Shown here: positions 54,698 through 64,000 of the stretch, one piece after another
How positions within the stretch are numbered: the first letter of the stretch is position 1
Layout: each line of letters begins with the position of its first letter
Assembly: GCA_963555825.3 (NCBI GenBank)
Contig: CAUVXB020000002.1
Location: 2,848,001-2,912,000, forward strand
Direction of reading: 5' to 3'
DNA: 64,000 bases
From: Alphaproteobacteria bacterium
GTDB lineage: Bacteria; Pseudomonadota; Alphaproteobacteria; JAAXGF01
Program-made: the position numbers and the translations under genes
Notes under the pieces: generated by a model
What the model saw: the letters and a program-made list of their open reading frames with translations, nothing else
The model's database searches: none
What the model was told of the DNA's origin: nothing

Positions 54698-54964
54698 TCA
54701 GCATTCGCATACCGCGTCGTATTGGCCGTCGCAGCACAGGACCTGGCCGTAATTGCATCCGCAGACACCGCCCTGCGCCAAGCAGCAGCCTTCCTGGGCG
54801 AGCTGCTTGGGACTGGCGCCGCTCGATTTGAGGCGCTCACAAACGGCTGCTTTGTCTGACGCATCCGGCTGCGGCTCGTTCCGAGGCGTCTCGGACGCGA
54901 GTGCCGTTCCGACGGCAAAAGCGAGAGCGACGGCAACGGCGACGGCTGCGGTATATCGTCTCAT
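54698..54964 (-). CDS. Small secreted cysteine-rich protein
   Basis: Signal peptide ending ALA; GCCLAQGGVCGC...LCCDG...CEC; GGAGG RBS. Confidence 0.75.
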   Translation of the reverse strand: MRRYTAAVAVAVALAFAVGTALASETPRNEPQPDASDKAAVCERLKSSGASPKQLAQEGCCLAQGGVCGCNYGQVLCCDGQYDAVCEC

Positions 54965-55212
54965 TGGCAACCTCCCAGAATGCACGTAGTCACCTCTTGA
55001 CCATTTCACTATCGCGTTCGTTCTCGTCTCGCGCGACCATTCCGCTGGCGTTAACCCGATAAAAACTACCGGACATGCCATCGGCGCGGGGGCGAGCCGA
55101 CCCCCTCAACGCGAGGAGGACAGCTACGCGCCGCGGCGCTTCGACGGCGCGGACGACAACCGGGCTGTGATCGGGCGGTTTAGCCGAGGCTTGGCCGGCG
55201 GCGCGCACCTTA

Positions 55213-56373
55213 TACCAACGGCACTAATTATTGACCTGAAATCGCCCAATCTCTCATTCCGATGGACATGATCGTCTCGGGCTGGTCGATTAGTTTGTTC
55301 CAGGCTTGGCAACCGGCCTCGATGATGGCGTCGTAATCTTCGAAGACGCGGTTAGAGAGCCAATTCTGGCGGAGGTATTGCCAGATGTTCTCGACCGGGT
55401 TCAGCTCGGGCGAGCGCGATGGCAGCAGGATGATGGTGAGGTTCTTGGGGACCTTGAGCTGGTCGGTGCTGTGCCACCCGGCGCGGTCCATCAGGACGAC
55501 GCCATGGGCCTTGGCGGCGACGTTGCAGCTGATCTCGTCGAGATGCATCTGCATGGCGGCTGTGTTGGCGAAGGGGAGCATGAGAGCGGCACCCTTGGCT
55601 CCCATGGGACAGATTGCGCCAAAGAGGTAGGCGTTCGTGTAGCGCTGATCGGCGGGCAGGCGTGGCCTTGTTCCCTTCTTCGCCCAAATGCGCACACGCC
55701 CGTTCTTCTGTCCCAGCCTGGCCTCGTCTTGGAACCAGATCTCGACCCGCTTGGTCTTGGGCAGACCGGCTAGGTGGGCAGCGAGCGTGCGGGGGAAGTT
55801 TTTTTGAACGCCTCGATCACCCGCTGGTCCTGCTTGGGGTGCTGCGGCCGGGCGCTGATGTGGGAGAAGGACAGCGCGACGAGAAGGTCGGAGATCGCCC
55901 GCTCGCTATAGATCACGCCAAAGCGTTCTTCGATCACCCGTTTCAGGTCAACCCGCCGCCAGCGAACCACACCGTCAATCTCTGGATCGGGGCCCGTTTC
56001 GACGATCACCGACAGTTCGCCCATCTGCTCGTCGGTCAAGAGCCGGGGGCGGCCCGCACCGGGACGGTTCTTCAAGCCGTCTGCCCCTTCATCGTTGAAG
56101 CGGTGCGCCCAGTCTCTCAGCGTCTGGCGATCCATGCCGCCGACCTTAGCGGCTTCCGCTCGGCTCATGCCGTCGTAAACCGCCGCCAAGGCCAAAAGCC
56201 GGCGAACTTGGCGGGGATCGCGACTGTGCTTGGCCAAACACCGGAGCTCAATGCTGTCGTAGTCGTCCCGAAGAGCAATGCATACTGACATGGCGAATCT
56301 CCTTCGCCAGCCTTGAATCACATCCAGCCCAAAAAGGGAATCCCTTGCGAGTCAGAATTTTGCGCCGTTGGTA
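55213..56373 (-). mobile_element. IS630-family insertion sequence
   Basis: TIRs taccaacggc...gccgttggta, TTA on both flanks, two ORFs joined at an A7 run. Confidence 0.92.
55228..56291 (-). CDS. IS630 transposase (programmed -1 frameshift at A7, 55799-55805)
   Basis: HTH OrfA (DRQTLRDW..RFN) and DDE OrfB (WFQDEAR, MDRAGWH, SPELNPVE). Confidence 0.92.
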
Positions 56374-57308
56374 TTAATTGGTCTCGTCTGGACATGGCGG
56401 GACCGTGAGGCTGGGCGGGAGCTTGGTCTTTTCATCCCCGCAGGCAAGATCAAGCTGCGCCTGGCTGAGGTTGTATGCCTCTTCGAGGTCAGCGCCGCGC
56501 AGGTCCGCGCCGCGCAGGTCCGCACCGCCCAGATCCGCGCCGCCTAGGTAGCGTTGCCAAAGCTTGGCCTCCCGCAGGTCAGCATTGCGAAGCTTCGCCT
56601 TCCGGAGGTCGGCATTGGGAAACCTGGCCATTCGAAGGTCGGCAAATGTGAAGTTGACACGTCGAAGCTTTGCATTCGTAAGGAACCCCTCCCGGAGGTC
56701 AGCGCCACTGAAATCAGCATCTTCGAGGTTGGCATCCACAAGGTTAGCTTTCACAAAAAAGGCACCTATGGCGCTGGCGAAGCGAAGGTTCACTCCACGG
56801 AGCTCCCTGCTTGTCACCAATTCCAGTTGAGGATCATCTTTCTCCTTCCAGTCGGGCGGCCGGATGGAGATAATCTCCTTATCCAATTTCGCGAAGACGT
56901 CGTAGCCGAGACATGTAAAGGCCGTGGGCACCCACGTCCAACCGCCGGAAAATTGACATTTCACCGCCCGATTGCCGTTGATGGCCTCATCCGAGACAAA
57001 CCAGAAGGTGATGCCGGCCAGCAATAAGGCGGCGACGGGATAGACCCTCTGTCGAGTCCACCCTTCCCTTAGGCGGAACGGCTTTACCTTGTCGCCCCGG
57101 AGCATCGCGCGGGCGGACAAGAAGGTAAGCACCCCAAAACCCACTGACATCACCAGAATGACGATGTGGAAGGTGGTCCCAAACCAGTCGTGCTTGGGGA
57201 GGTAGCGCAGCCAAAACAGAAACAGCGTCAGCGGCACGATCCACCAGGCGAAGACGATGGAAACGAAGTTCTGTAGAAGGGAGAGAGGGGGGCGGGTGGT
57301 TTTCAAAA

Positions 57309-58962
57309 GGGTGTGGGTCTGGTATGGAAAATCTAAGTCATTGATTTAGTGCGTTTTTTGTATCGAGACGAACGGCCGAAATCGGCTATTCGTGACAATG
57401 GGCCGCTCCAAGGCAGGATTTTGTCACGACGGCAGGGTCGAGCAGGGGAAGGTGGGAACGCTCCGCACCGCCAGAAGCGGTACGATGCCGTGTCTCGAAA
57501 CCCAACATCGGGAGCATTCCCATGGCAGTATCCCCGCCTCCGGCGCCTTCGTCCATCGATCTTTCCGGCCTGCCTCCTCGGGTCGTCGAGGCGGCCGCCC
57601 GGGTGCTCGCACTGTGTCGCGAGGAGCTTCGTTCCGAGCCGCGCCCCGAGGCGCCCGAGGAGGTCGAGTTGCGGGTGCGTGAGGCCACGAACGAGTTCGC
57701 TCGCGATGTCATGGGCGCCGTCATCGAGAACCGGGACGATGGCGCTTCCCGGATCGAGCGGGACGGGCAGAGCTGGTTCCGGGTCGCGGTGACGCCGAAG
57801 ACGATCATGACCTCGCTCGGTCCGGTGACCTACCGGCGAGCGCGTTACCGCAGCGGCGCGAGCGGGGCATCGCCGGTGCCGGTCGACGAGAGCCTGGGCC
57901 TCGTCGACGATTACCTGACGCGGCCGGCGGCCGAGCTCGGTCTGCTGATGATGGGTCACTGCACGGCCCGGGAAGCGGCGGCGTTCTTTGCGAAGACCGG
58001 CGCCATGACGCCGTCGGTGAGCACCCTGCAGCGCCTGACCCTGAGCATGCACGAATGCTGGGAGAGCCTCGGCCCGGAGACGCTGGGCAGCATCCGTGAG
58101 GCCGAGGGCATACCGCAGGACGCGACCACCGCCTCGGTCTCCCTCGACGGCGTCATGGTGCCGCTGAGACCCGGCGAGGACGGTCGCGCCAAGGCCTCCT
58201 GGCGCGAGGCTGCCTGCGGCACGGTCTCCTTCCACGACGCCGAGGGCAAGCGCCTGAAGACCCTCTATCTCGGCCGCATGCCGGAGAGCGGCAAGCTCAC
58301 GCTGAAGGCGCAGCTTGCAAGCGAAGTCGCACACATCAGGCGAGCACGCCCCGAGATCGGGATCGTCGCTATCGCCGATGGCGCCGCCGACAACTGGACC
58401 TTCCTGGAGACCCTGTCGCCCGAAACCGAGGTGATCGACTTCTGGCATGCTTGCGAACATCTGCAAACCGCGTCCGACCATGCCGTGGCGCCCGGCTGGT
58501 TCGAGAAGTACCGCGAGATCCTCCGTCACGATCCCCGTGGCGTCGCCAAGGTGATCCGGGCGCTGCGCCACCTTCGCGATGCCGCCGCTGCGCCGGACCG
58601 GGCCGAGACCGAGCGGGAACTCGCCTTCTTCCGCAAGCATCGCCATCGCATGCGCTACCACGCCCTGAAGGAAGAGGGCATCGCCATCGGCTCAGGCGTG
58701 GTCGAAGCTGCCAACAAGACCCTGGTGACACAGCGCATGAAGCGCTCCGGCATGCGCTGGCGGATCGTCGGCGGACAGGCTGTTCTGACCTTCCGCGCCC
58801 TGATCAAATCCGGCCGCTTCGAGCGGGCATGGAAGGCCCTGATCAGCGCAACCGACACACCGGCCAACGACAACATCAGTCCACGTGCAGCAGCCATGGC
58901 AATCGCTGCCTGAACTCAACGAACCAAGCCGCAGACATCACTGCCATGCGAGACTCGCACCC
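57309..58962 (+). mobile_element. ISKra4-family insertion sequence with 8-bp TSD TTTCAAAA
   Basis: TIR gggtgtgggtctggtatgg / ccatgcgagactcgcaccc; TSD at 57301-57308 and 58963-58970. Confidence 0.9.
57522..58913 (+). CDS. ISKra4-family transposase
   Basis: SLDGVMV, IADGA..NW, DFWHACEHL, IGSGVVEAANK, RMKRSGMRW. Confidence 0.9.
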   Translation: MAVSPPPAPSSIDLSGLPPRVVEAAARVLALCREELRSEPRPEAPEEVELRVREATNEFARDVMGAVIENRDDGASRIERDGQSWFRVAVTPKTIMTSLGPVTYRRARYRSGASGASPVPVDESLGLVDDYLTRPAAELGLLMMGHCTAREAAAFFAKTGAMTPSVSTLQRLTLSMHECWESLGPETLGSIREAEGIPQDATTASVSLDGVMVPLRPGEDGRAKASWREAACGTVSFHDAEGKRLKTLYLGRMPESGKLTLKAQLASEVAHIRRARPEIGIVAIADGAADNWTFLETLSPETEVIDFWHACEHLQTASDHAVAPGWFEKYREILRHDPRGVAKVIRALRHLRDAAAAPDRAETERELAFFRKHRHRMRYHALKEEGIAIGSGVVEAANKTLVTQRMKRSGMRWRIVGGQAVLTFRALIKSGRFERAWKALISATDTPANDNISPRAAAMAIAA

Positions 58963-59823
58963 TTTCAAAAGGCGAACATGTCCGCGCACGAGGCCGCTCA
59001 AGAGCCAGGGATAGGCACGCTGATCGAGGGTCCGTCCGTCCGGAAAGATAGCCGGGAGACGCGACAAGCCATGCCAAAATGGCTGCAGGAAAAGATGGAG
59101 GTAAACTTCGAGGCTGAAAAGCGCGATGGGCGCCGCGACAAAGAACCAGACGATCGGCACTTCCGCCTCTAAGATCGGCAGTGATGACGTCGCCGAGTTG
59201 GTGACAAGCTCCACGTCCGTGGTCGACCCGATCGTAATCCAGCAGAACACGCAGGCGCCAACCAAGGCCAGGAACGTGTTGCGCGCCGTCTGAGAAAGCT
59301 CCGTGACGTGATTGAGCGCGTCGAACGCCGCGATATCGTCCGGCAGTCTCGCGCCAGACACGTTTGAACCGCCGAGCTGTTTGCCGAGAAGCCCCGTGAC
59401 ATCGGTGAGCTCGGCGCCAGACAGGTCGGCGTTTCGGAGGTCGGCGTCCGTGAGGTCGGCCCCGTCGAGGTTGGCGCCGCTGAGGTTGGCGCTATGGAGG
59501 TTCGCCTTCTGAAGGTCGGCGCCGCCGAGATTGGCGGAGGAGAGATCGGCTCGCTTGCCCGATCCCTTACCGTCGAGCCACGCCTGGTGCCGCTCGAGGA
59601 TGATTCTTAGTTCGGCTTCGCCAAGTCGACCGTCGTCTTCCTCGGCGGCTTGAGCACGATCTGCCCCCTGGTCATTGGACTCGTCGGGATTTTCGTTCAT
59701 GGTCGCTTGCCATTCGCCGCGAATTGAAGGCCCGTTGCCGTGGTTGCAATATCATACGATATTTATCGCCTCACTGTAGAGTCGTGTCGTTGGAGCCTTG
59801 AAAGCGGTCGACTGTCTTGGTGC

Positions 59824-60693
59824 CTATTGGACGGCGGGGAACGCGGCGACGGCGAGCACGAGGCTATCGACGAGCTCGGCCATGAAGCCGAAGTCGAGCG
59901 TGTCGATGGTGTCGCTCGGCAGGTGGTAGTTGGGGTTGCGGAAGAACGCCGTGTCGGTGACCATCAGCGCCGGCCAGCCGGCGTCCCAGAACGAGGCGTG
60001 GTCGGAGAGCCGCGTCGCCGGCAGCACATGGCCGTCGAACGGCACGAACAGCGTCTCGACCGGCAGGCCCGGGTTGGCGCGGAACGCCGCCGCCACGGCG
60101 CGGCCGAAGCGCCGCGAGGCGCCGTTGCCGACGATGCCGATGAAATTGCCCTCACTCGGGTAGCCGGCCCATTCGAGCACCAGCGGATAGTCCTGCGCCG
60201 GCGACGTGTAGCCGACCATCTCGAGGACTATGGCGCCGAGCACGTCATCACCCGCCTTCTTGCGCTCGCGCACGAAGACGCGGCTGCCCATGTGGCCGGT
60301 CGTGTAGGCGGGTGGCTCCTCGAGCGTGAAGGCGACCAGCTTGACCGGCGCCGCAAGGTCCAAGTCGGGCAGCCGGCGGGCGAGTTCGAGCATGACCGCG
60401 ACGGCCGAGGCGTTGTCGTCGGCGCCGGGCGTCGTCGGCACGGTGTCGTAATGCGCGCCGACGACGTAGTAGCGCGCCGCGCCGGCCATGCCGGGCAATG
60501 CGGCGATCAGGTTGGCGACGGCGTGGCCCTGGTAGTCGTACGCCTGGGCGGTGACTTCCAGCCCGGCGGCCTCGAAGGTCTGGTGGATATAGCGCCGCGC
60601 GCGCTCGAGGCCGTCGCCCGGGAACGGCGTGCGCCGGCCGATCTCGACGGTCAGGACCTCGACGTGCCGTCGCAGCGCCTCTTCGAGGTCCAT
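59824..60693 (-). CDS. M28 family metallopeptidase
   Basis: VVGAHYD, PGADDNAS, FTLEEPP, LEMVG, SDH, YH. Confidence 0.9.
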   Translation of the reverse strand: MDLEEALRRHVEVLTVEIGRRTPFPGDGLERARRYIHQTFEAAGLEVTAQAYDYQGHAVANLIAALPGMAGAARYYVVGAHYDTVPTTPGADDNASAVAVMLELARRLPDLDLAAPVKLVAFTLEEPPAYTTGHMGSRVFVRERKKAGDDVLGAIVLEMVGYTSPAQDYPLVLEWAGYPSEGNFIGIVGNGASRRFGRAVAAAFRANPGLPVETLFVPFDGHVLPATRLSDHASFWDAGWPALMVTDTAFFRNPNYHLPSDTIDTLDFGFMAELVDSLVLAVAAFPAVQ

Positions 60694-60699
60694 GGTCGT

Positions 60700-61280
60700 T
60701 AGCCCGGACTTCTCACTATGGACAGGCGCGTCATCGCGTCGGGCGGAGTCGATCCGCCAGAAGAAGGCCGCAGAGCGTGGCCTGGGTCACGGTCAAGGCC
60801 TTCGACGCCGCGGACGGCCCGCCCGGCGCGACCCTTAAGGGCGATGGATCTCGGACGACAGGCGGCGTCAAAGCGCTTGCCCGCCTGCCTGCGCGAAGCC
60901 GGAGCTTCGCTTCGGCGAAGGCAGGATGCGCGAGTACTCACTTGCACGATTCCACGGTACGTAGGACGGCCTTGCGCGGTCGTCCGGCAAGGCGCCCGGC
61001 GCGCCGTGATGCTGGGCGCATCACAAGCGCCGGGCAACGCCGCCGGCGGCCGCGCAAGGCCGCCCTTCGGGTCGCGTTTCCCGCCCCCTCGGGGCGTCGG
61101 GAACGCTCTGCGATGCCAAGGCATCGCCGTCACGCCCCCGACTGCCGAGGAAACGGGAAACGCGATCCTACGTGCCGTGGAATCGTGCAAGGGAGTACTA
61201 GCATCGCGCTGCACGCTTTTCCTAGCCTGTCGTCCGATATCCGCCGTGCCGCACCTGTCCATAGTGAGAAGGCCGGGCTA
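60700..61280. mobile_element. Composite MITE, outer element with 31-bp TIRs
   Basis: tagcccggacttctcactatggacaggcgcg matches the reverse complement of 61250-61280 at 29/31; no credible ORF. Confidence 0.85.
60933..61199. mobile_element. Nested inner MITE with 34-bp TIRs
   Basis: agtactcacttgcacgattccacggtacgtagga matches the reverse complement of 61166-61199 at 32/34. Confidence 0.8.
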
Positions 61281-62677
61281 TAACGCGGGCTGGCGGTCGG
61301 CGAAGGGCCGGGCCGTCTCGAAGGCGCCGGCGGCACGCAGCACCAGCGCGTCGCGGTGCATCGGTCCGACGATCTGCAGGCCGACCGGCAGGCCCTCGGT
61401 GGTGAAGCCGCAGGGGATCGAGGCGGCCGGCTGGCCGGTCATGTTGAACGGGAAGGTGAAGGGCAGCCAGTCGATCCATTGGCGCGGGTCGTCGCCCTCG
61501 GGCATGAAACGGCCGACCGGGAAGGCGGTGATCGGCAGCGTCGGCGTCAGGAGCAGGTCGTAGTCGGTGTGGAAGCGCGTCATCGCGCCGCCCAGCGCGT
61601 TGCGCGCCGCGACGGCGTCGAAATAGGCGTCGAGCGTGATCGTCGCGCCCTCGTCGATCAGCGCGAGGAGGCCCGGGTCGACCAGGTCGCGCTTGCCGTC
61701 GACGAGCGGGCCGAGGCCGTGGCCGAGACCCGCCCAGGCGAGCGTCTTCATGGCCGGGCCCGGGTTCTCGAAGCCGGGGTCGGTCTCAACGACGATGGCG
61801 CCGAGGTTCTCGAAGACCCGCGCCGCTTGCGCCACCAGATCGGCGACCTCCGCGTCGACCTCGGCGTAGCCGAGCGCCGGGCTGAACGCGACCTTGAGGC
61901 CGGCGACACCGTCGTCGAGACCGGCGCGGTAATCGCATGGTTCGAAGGGCAGGGCGAACCAGTCGCGCGCGTCGGGTTCGGCGATGACGTTCAGCATGAG
62001 CGCCGCGTCGGCCACCGTCCGGCTCATCGGGCCGACATGGGCGAGCGTCGAGAACGGGCTCGGCGGATAGGCCGGCACGCGGCCGAAGCTGGGCTTCAGG
62101 CCGAACACGCCGGCGAACGAGCAGGGAATGCGGATCGAGCCGCCGGCGTCGGTGCCGAAGGCGAGCGGGCCCATGCCGGCGGCCAGCGCCGCCGCGGCGC
62201 CGCCCGACGAGCCGCCCGGCGTGCGCTCGAGGTTCCACGGGTTGCGCGTGATGCCGCTGACCGGACAGTGGTGACACCCTTCCAGCCGAACTCGGGCGTC
62301 GTCGTCTTGCCGAGGAAGACAGCGCCGTGCTCGCGCATGCGCGCGACCGCGGGCGCGTCGTCGTCCCACGGCTGGTCGGGATCGACCGTCTTCGAGCCGC
62401 GCAGGGTCGGCCAGCCCCTGCTCAGCAGCACGTCCTTGATCGAGGTCGGCACGCCGTCGACCAGGCCGGCCGGCTCACCCTTGGCCCAGCGCGCTTCCGA
62501 TCCGCGCGCCGCCGCGCGCGCGCCGTCGGCGTCGACCAGCAGATAGGCGTTGATCGCGTCGTTGTGGTCGTCGATGCGCGCCAGCGCCGCTTCGATCGCC
62601 TCGACCGGCGACAGCCGCTTGGCGCGGTAGGCCTCGACCAGTTCGCTGGCCGAGAGAGCACAGATGTCGTCGGTCAC
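61278..62677 (-). CDS. Amidase signature family protein, frameshift near 62272
   Basis: GVPTSIKD, GKTTTPEF, TPGGSSGG, GTDAGGSIRIP, GLPVGLQ; GTG start with GGAGG. Confidence 0.9.
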
Positions 62678-62699
62678 GGGCGGTCCTCCAGTGTGGCAT

Positions 62700-63896
62700 T
62701 CAGGCGTAGTCGTCCTCGAGCGGATAGTCCGACAGCACGACCGGCCCATCGGCCGTGATCCACACCGGCTGCTCGAGCTTGACGCCTTCGCGGCCGTCCT
62801 CGGCGCCGATGTAGCTCTCGACGCAGACGATCATGTTCTCGGCGAAGACGCCGTCATAGGCGCCCTTGTCGGCGTCCTCGGCGTACCAGATCAGCGGGTA
62901 CTCGACGCCCAGGCCGCAGCCGTGGGCGATATCGGCGTAGCGGTTTGCGATATAGGCCTCGGGCAGTGGGAACGACCGTTCGGCAAACTCCATGAAACCG
63001 ATGCCGGGCCGCAACAGGCCGATGTTGTGCTCGAGCTGGCGGCGCGACAGGTCGTAGATCGTCCGCTGTTCGTCGCTCGGCTTGGTCTCGCCGACCACCC
63101 AGCTGCGCGAGATGTCGGTATAGAAGCCCATCGGTCCGATCAGGTCGGTGTCGAAGGACAGCAGGTCGCCGGCCCCGATGACCCGGTCCGAGGTCTCCTG
63201 GAACCACGGATTGGTGCGCGGACCCGAGCTCAACAGCCGCGTCTCGGGATATTCGGCGCCGAGCGCGACCGACGCCTGCAGCATGGCGGCGAGCGCCTCG
63301 GTCTCGCGCATGCCGGGGCGCAGCGCCGCGCGCATCGCCGCGACGCCGGCTTCGCAGACCGCGAGGGAGGATTTGAAGGCGCGCACCTCCTCGACCGATT
63401 TGATGGTGCGGGCGCGCTCCATGACCGGCTTGCCGTCGAGGAGCTCGAGACCCTGCGCCTCGAACGCGCTGACCGCCAGGAGATCGGCGCGGTCGATCGC
63501 CAGGCGACGACCGCCGCCGCTCACGCGCGCCAGATCGGCGATCTCGGCGGCCATGCGGCCGGCCATCTCGTGGCGCCGCTCGCCGACCACCATGTAGTCG
63601 AAGGAGAGCGACGGGCGGATCTCGTCGATCGTCTCGAGGCCGCGCGCCAGGTGTTGCGCCGCGCCGGTCTCGAACAGCACGACCGGACCTTGCGTTGCGA
63701 CGAAGGCGTAGCGGACCATGTTGTGCATGGTCCAGACCTGCATGTTGCGGCTGCCCGTCGCGTACCGCAGGTTGACCGGATCGACGAGCACGATGCCGGC
63801 CATGTCGGCCTCGGCGAGCCCTTGGCGCACGCGTCCTAGGCGGTACGCGCGGATCGCCGCCTCGTCGATCGGCGCTGAGATGTCCACATCGGCCAT
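62700..63896 (-). CDS. DddP-like M24-fold protein (divergent paralogue)
   Basis: DPVNLRYATGSRNMQVW, ETRLLSSGPRTNPWFQE, DTDLIG..DISRSW, HGCGLGVE, CVE, KLE. Confidence 0.8.
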   Translation of the reverse strand: MADVDISAPIDEAAIRAYRLGRVRQGLAEADMAGIVLVDPVNLRYATGSRNMQVWTMHNMVRYAFVATQGPVVLFETGAAQHLARGLETIDEIRPSLSFDYMVVGERRHEMAGRMAAEIADLARVSGGGRRLAIDRADLLAVSAFEAQGLELLDGKPVMERARTIKSVEEVRAFKSSLAVCEAGVAAMRAALRPGMRETEALAAMLQASVALGAEYPETRLLSSGPRTNPWFQETSDRVIGAGDLLSFDTDLIGPMGFYTDISRSWVVGETKPSDEQRTIYDLSRRQLEHNIGLLRPGIGFMEFAERSFPLPEAYIANRYADIAHGCGLGVEYPLIWYAEDADKGAYDGVFAENMIVCVESYIGAEDGREGVKLEQPVWITADGPVVLSDYPLEDDYA

Positions 63897-64000
63897 GCCG
63901 CGAGTGTGCCGCGCAAAGGGTGCGCGAATCAACAACGCCGACGCGGCGTGCTAGACTCGCGGCCAATCGCCTCGGGCGACTTAATGGGAGGATGCCATGT

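Larger units (their letters stand above)
56374..59700 (-). pseudogene. Membrane-anchored pentapeptide-repeat gene (paralogue 2), interrupted by an ISKra4-family IS
   Basis: Removing the IS and one TSD copy restores an in-frame 554-aa ORF (..GHVRLLK|TTRPPLS..) colinear with paralogue 1. Confidence 0.9.

Noticed and set aside
55080-55210. att-like duplicate of the M28 gene 3' end bounding the second pentapeptide islet
   Set aside because: Only weak GC-rich similarity and no in-frame match
60699-61563. Track ORFs across the nested element as real genes
   Set aside because: Low-complexity translations of palindromic DNA, with no RBS or domain signal

Overview
GC-rich (roughly 70% by eye) chromosomal window, most consistent with a marine Alphaproteobacterium. 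It is dominated by catabolic genes: two OYE-family flavoproteins, tandem Rieske oxygenase alpha subunits, a canonical dddP plus a divergent dddP-like paralogue, an FGGY kinase next to a sphingosine-1-phosphate-lyase-like PLP enzyme, a hydantoinase A/B-SDR-xanthine-dehydrogenase-family operon, two enolase-superfamily genes and a BisC-like molybdoenzyme. Housekeeping genes include typA, ppk2-sixA-ppk1 and an isolated gspD. Three lower-GC islets are present: a Tat-exported GMC pair, and two paralogous membrane-anchored pentapeptide-repeat genes. One pentapeptide islet is bounded by a duplicated 3' end of a DUF427 gene; the other gene is disrupted by an ISKra4-family IS with an IS630 at its stop codon. 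The intergenic DNA holds many small non-autonomous elements: a six-copy modular hairpin repeat with flipped loops and a 0-5 copy internal unit, a nested MITE, a CTAG-flanked MITE and several REP-like doublets. Six single-base frameshifts and a 39-G run suggest sequencing or assembly errors. No rRNA, tRNA, CRISPR array, integrase or reverse transcriptase was recognised. All protein calls come from motif recognition, not database searches.
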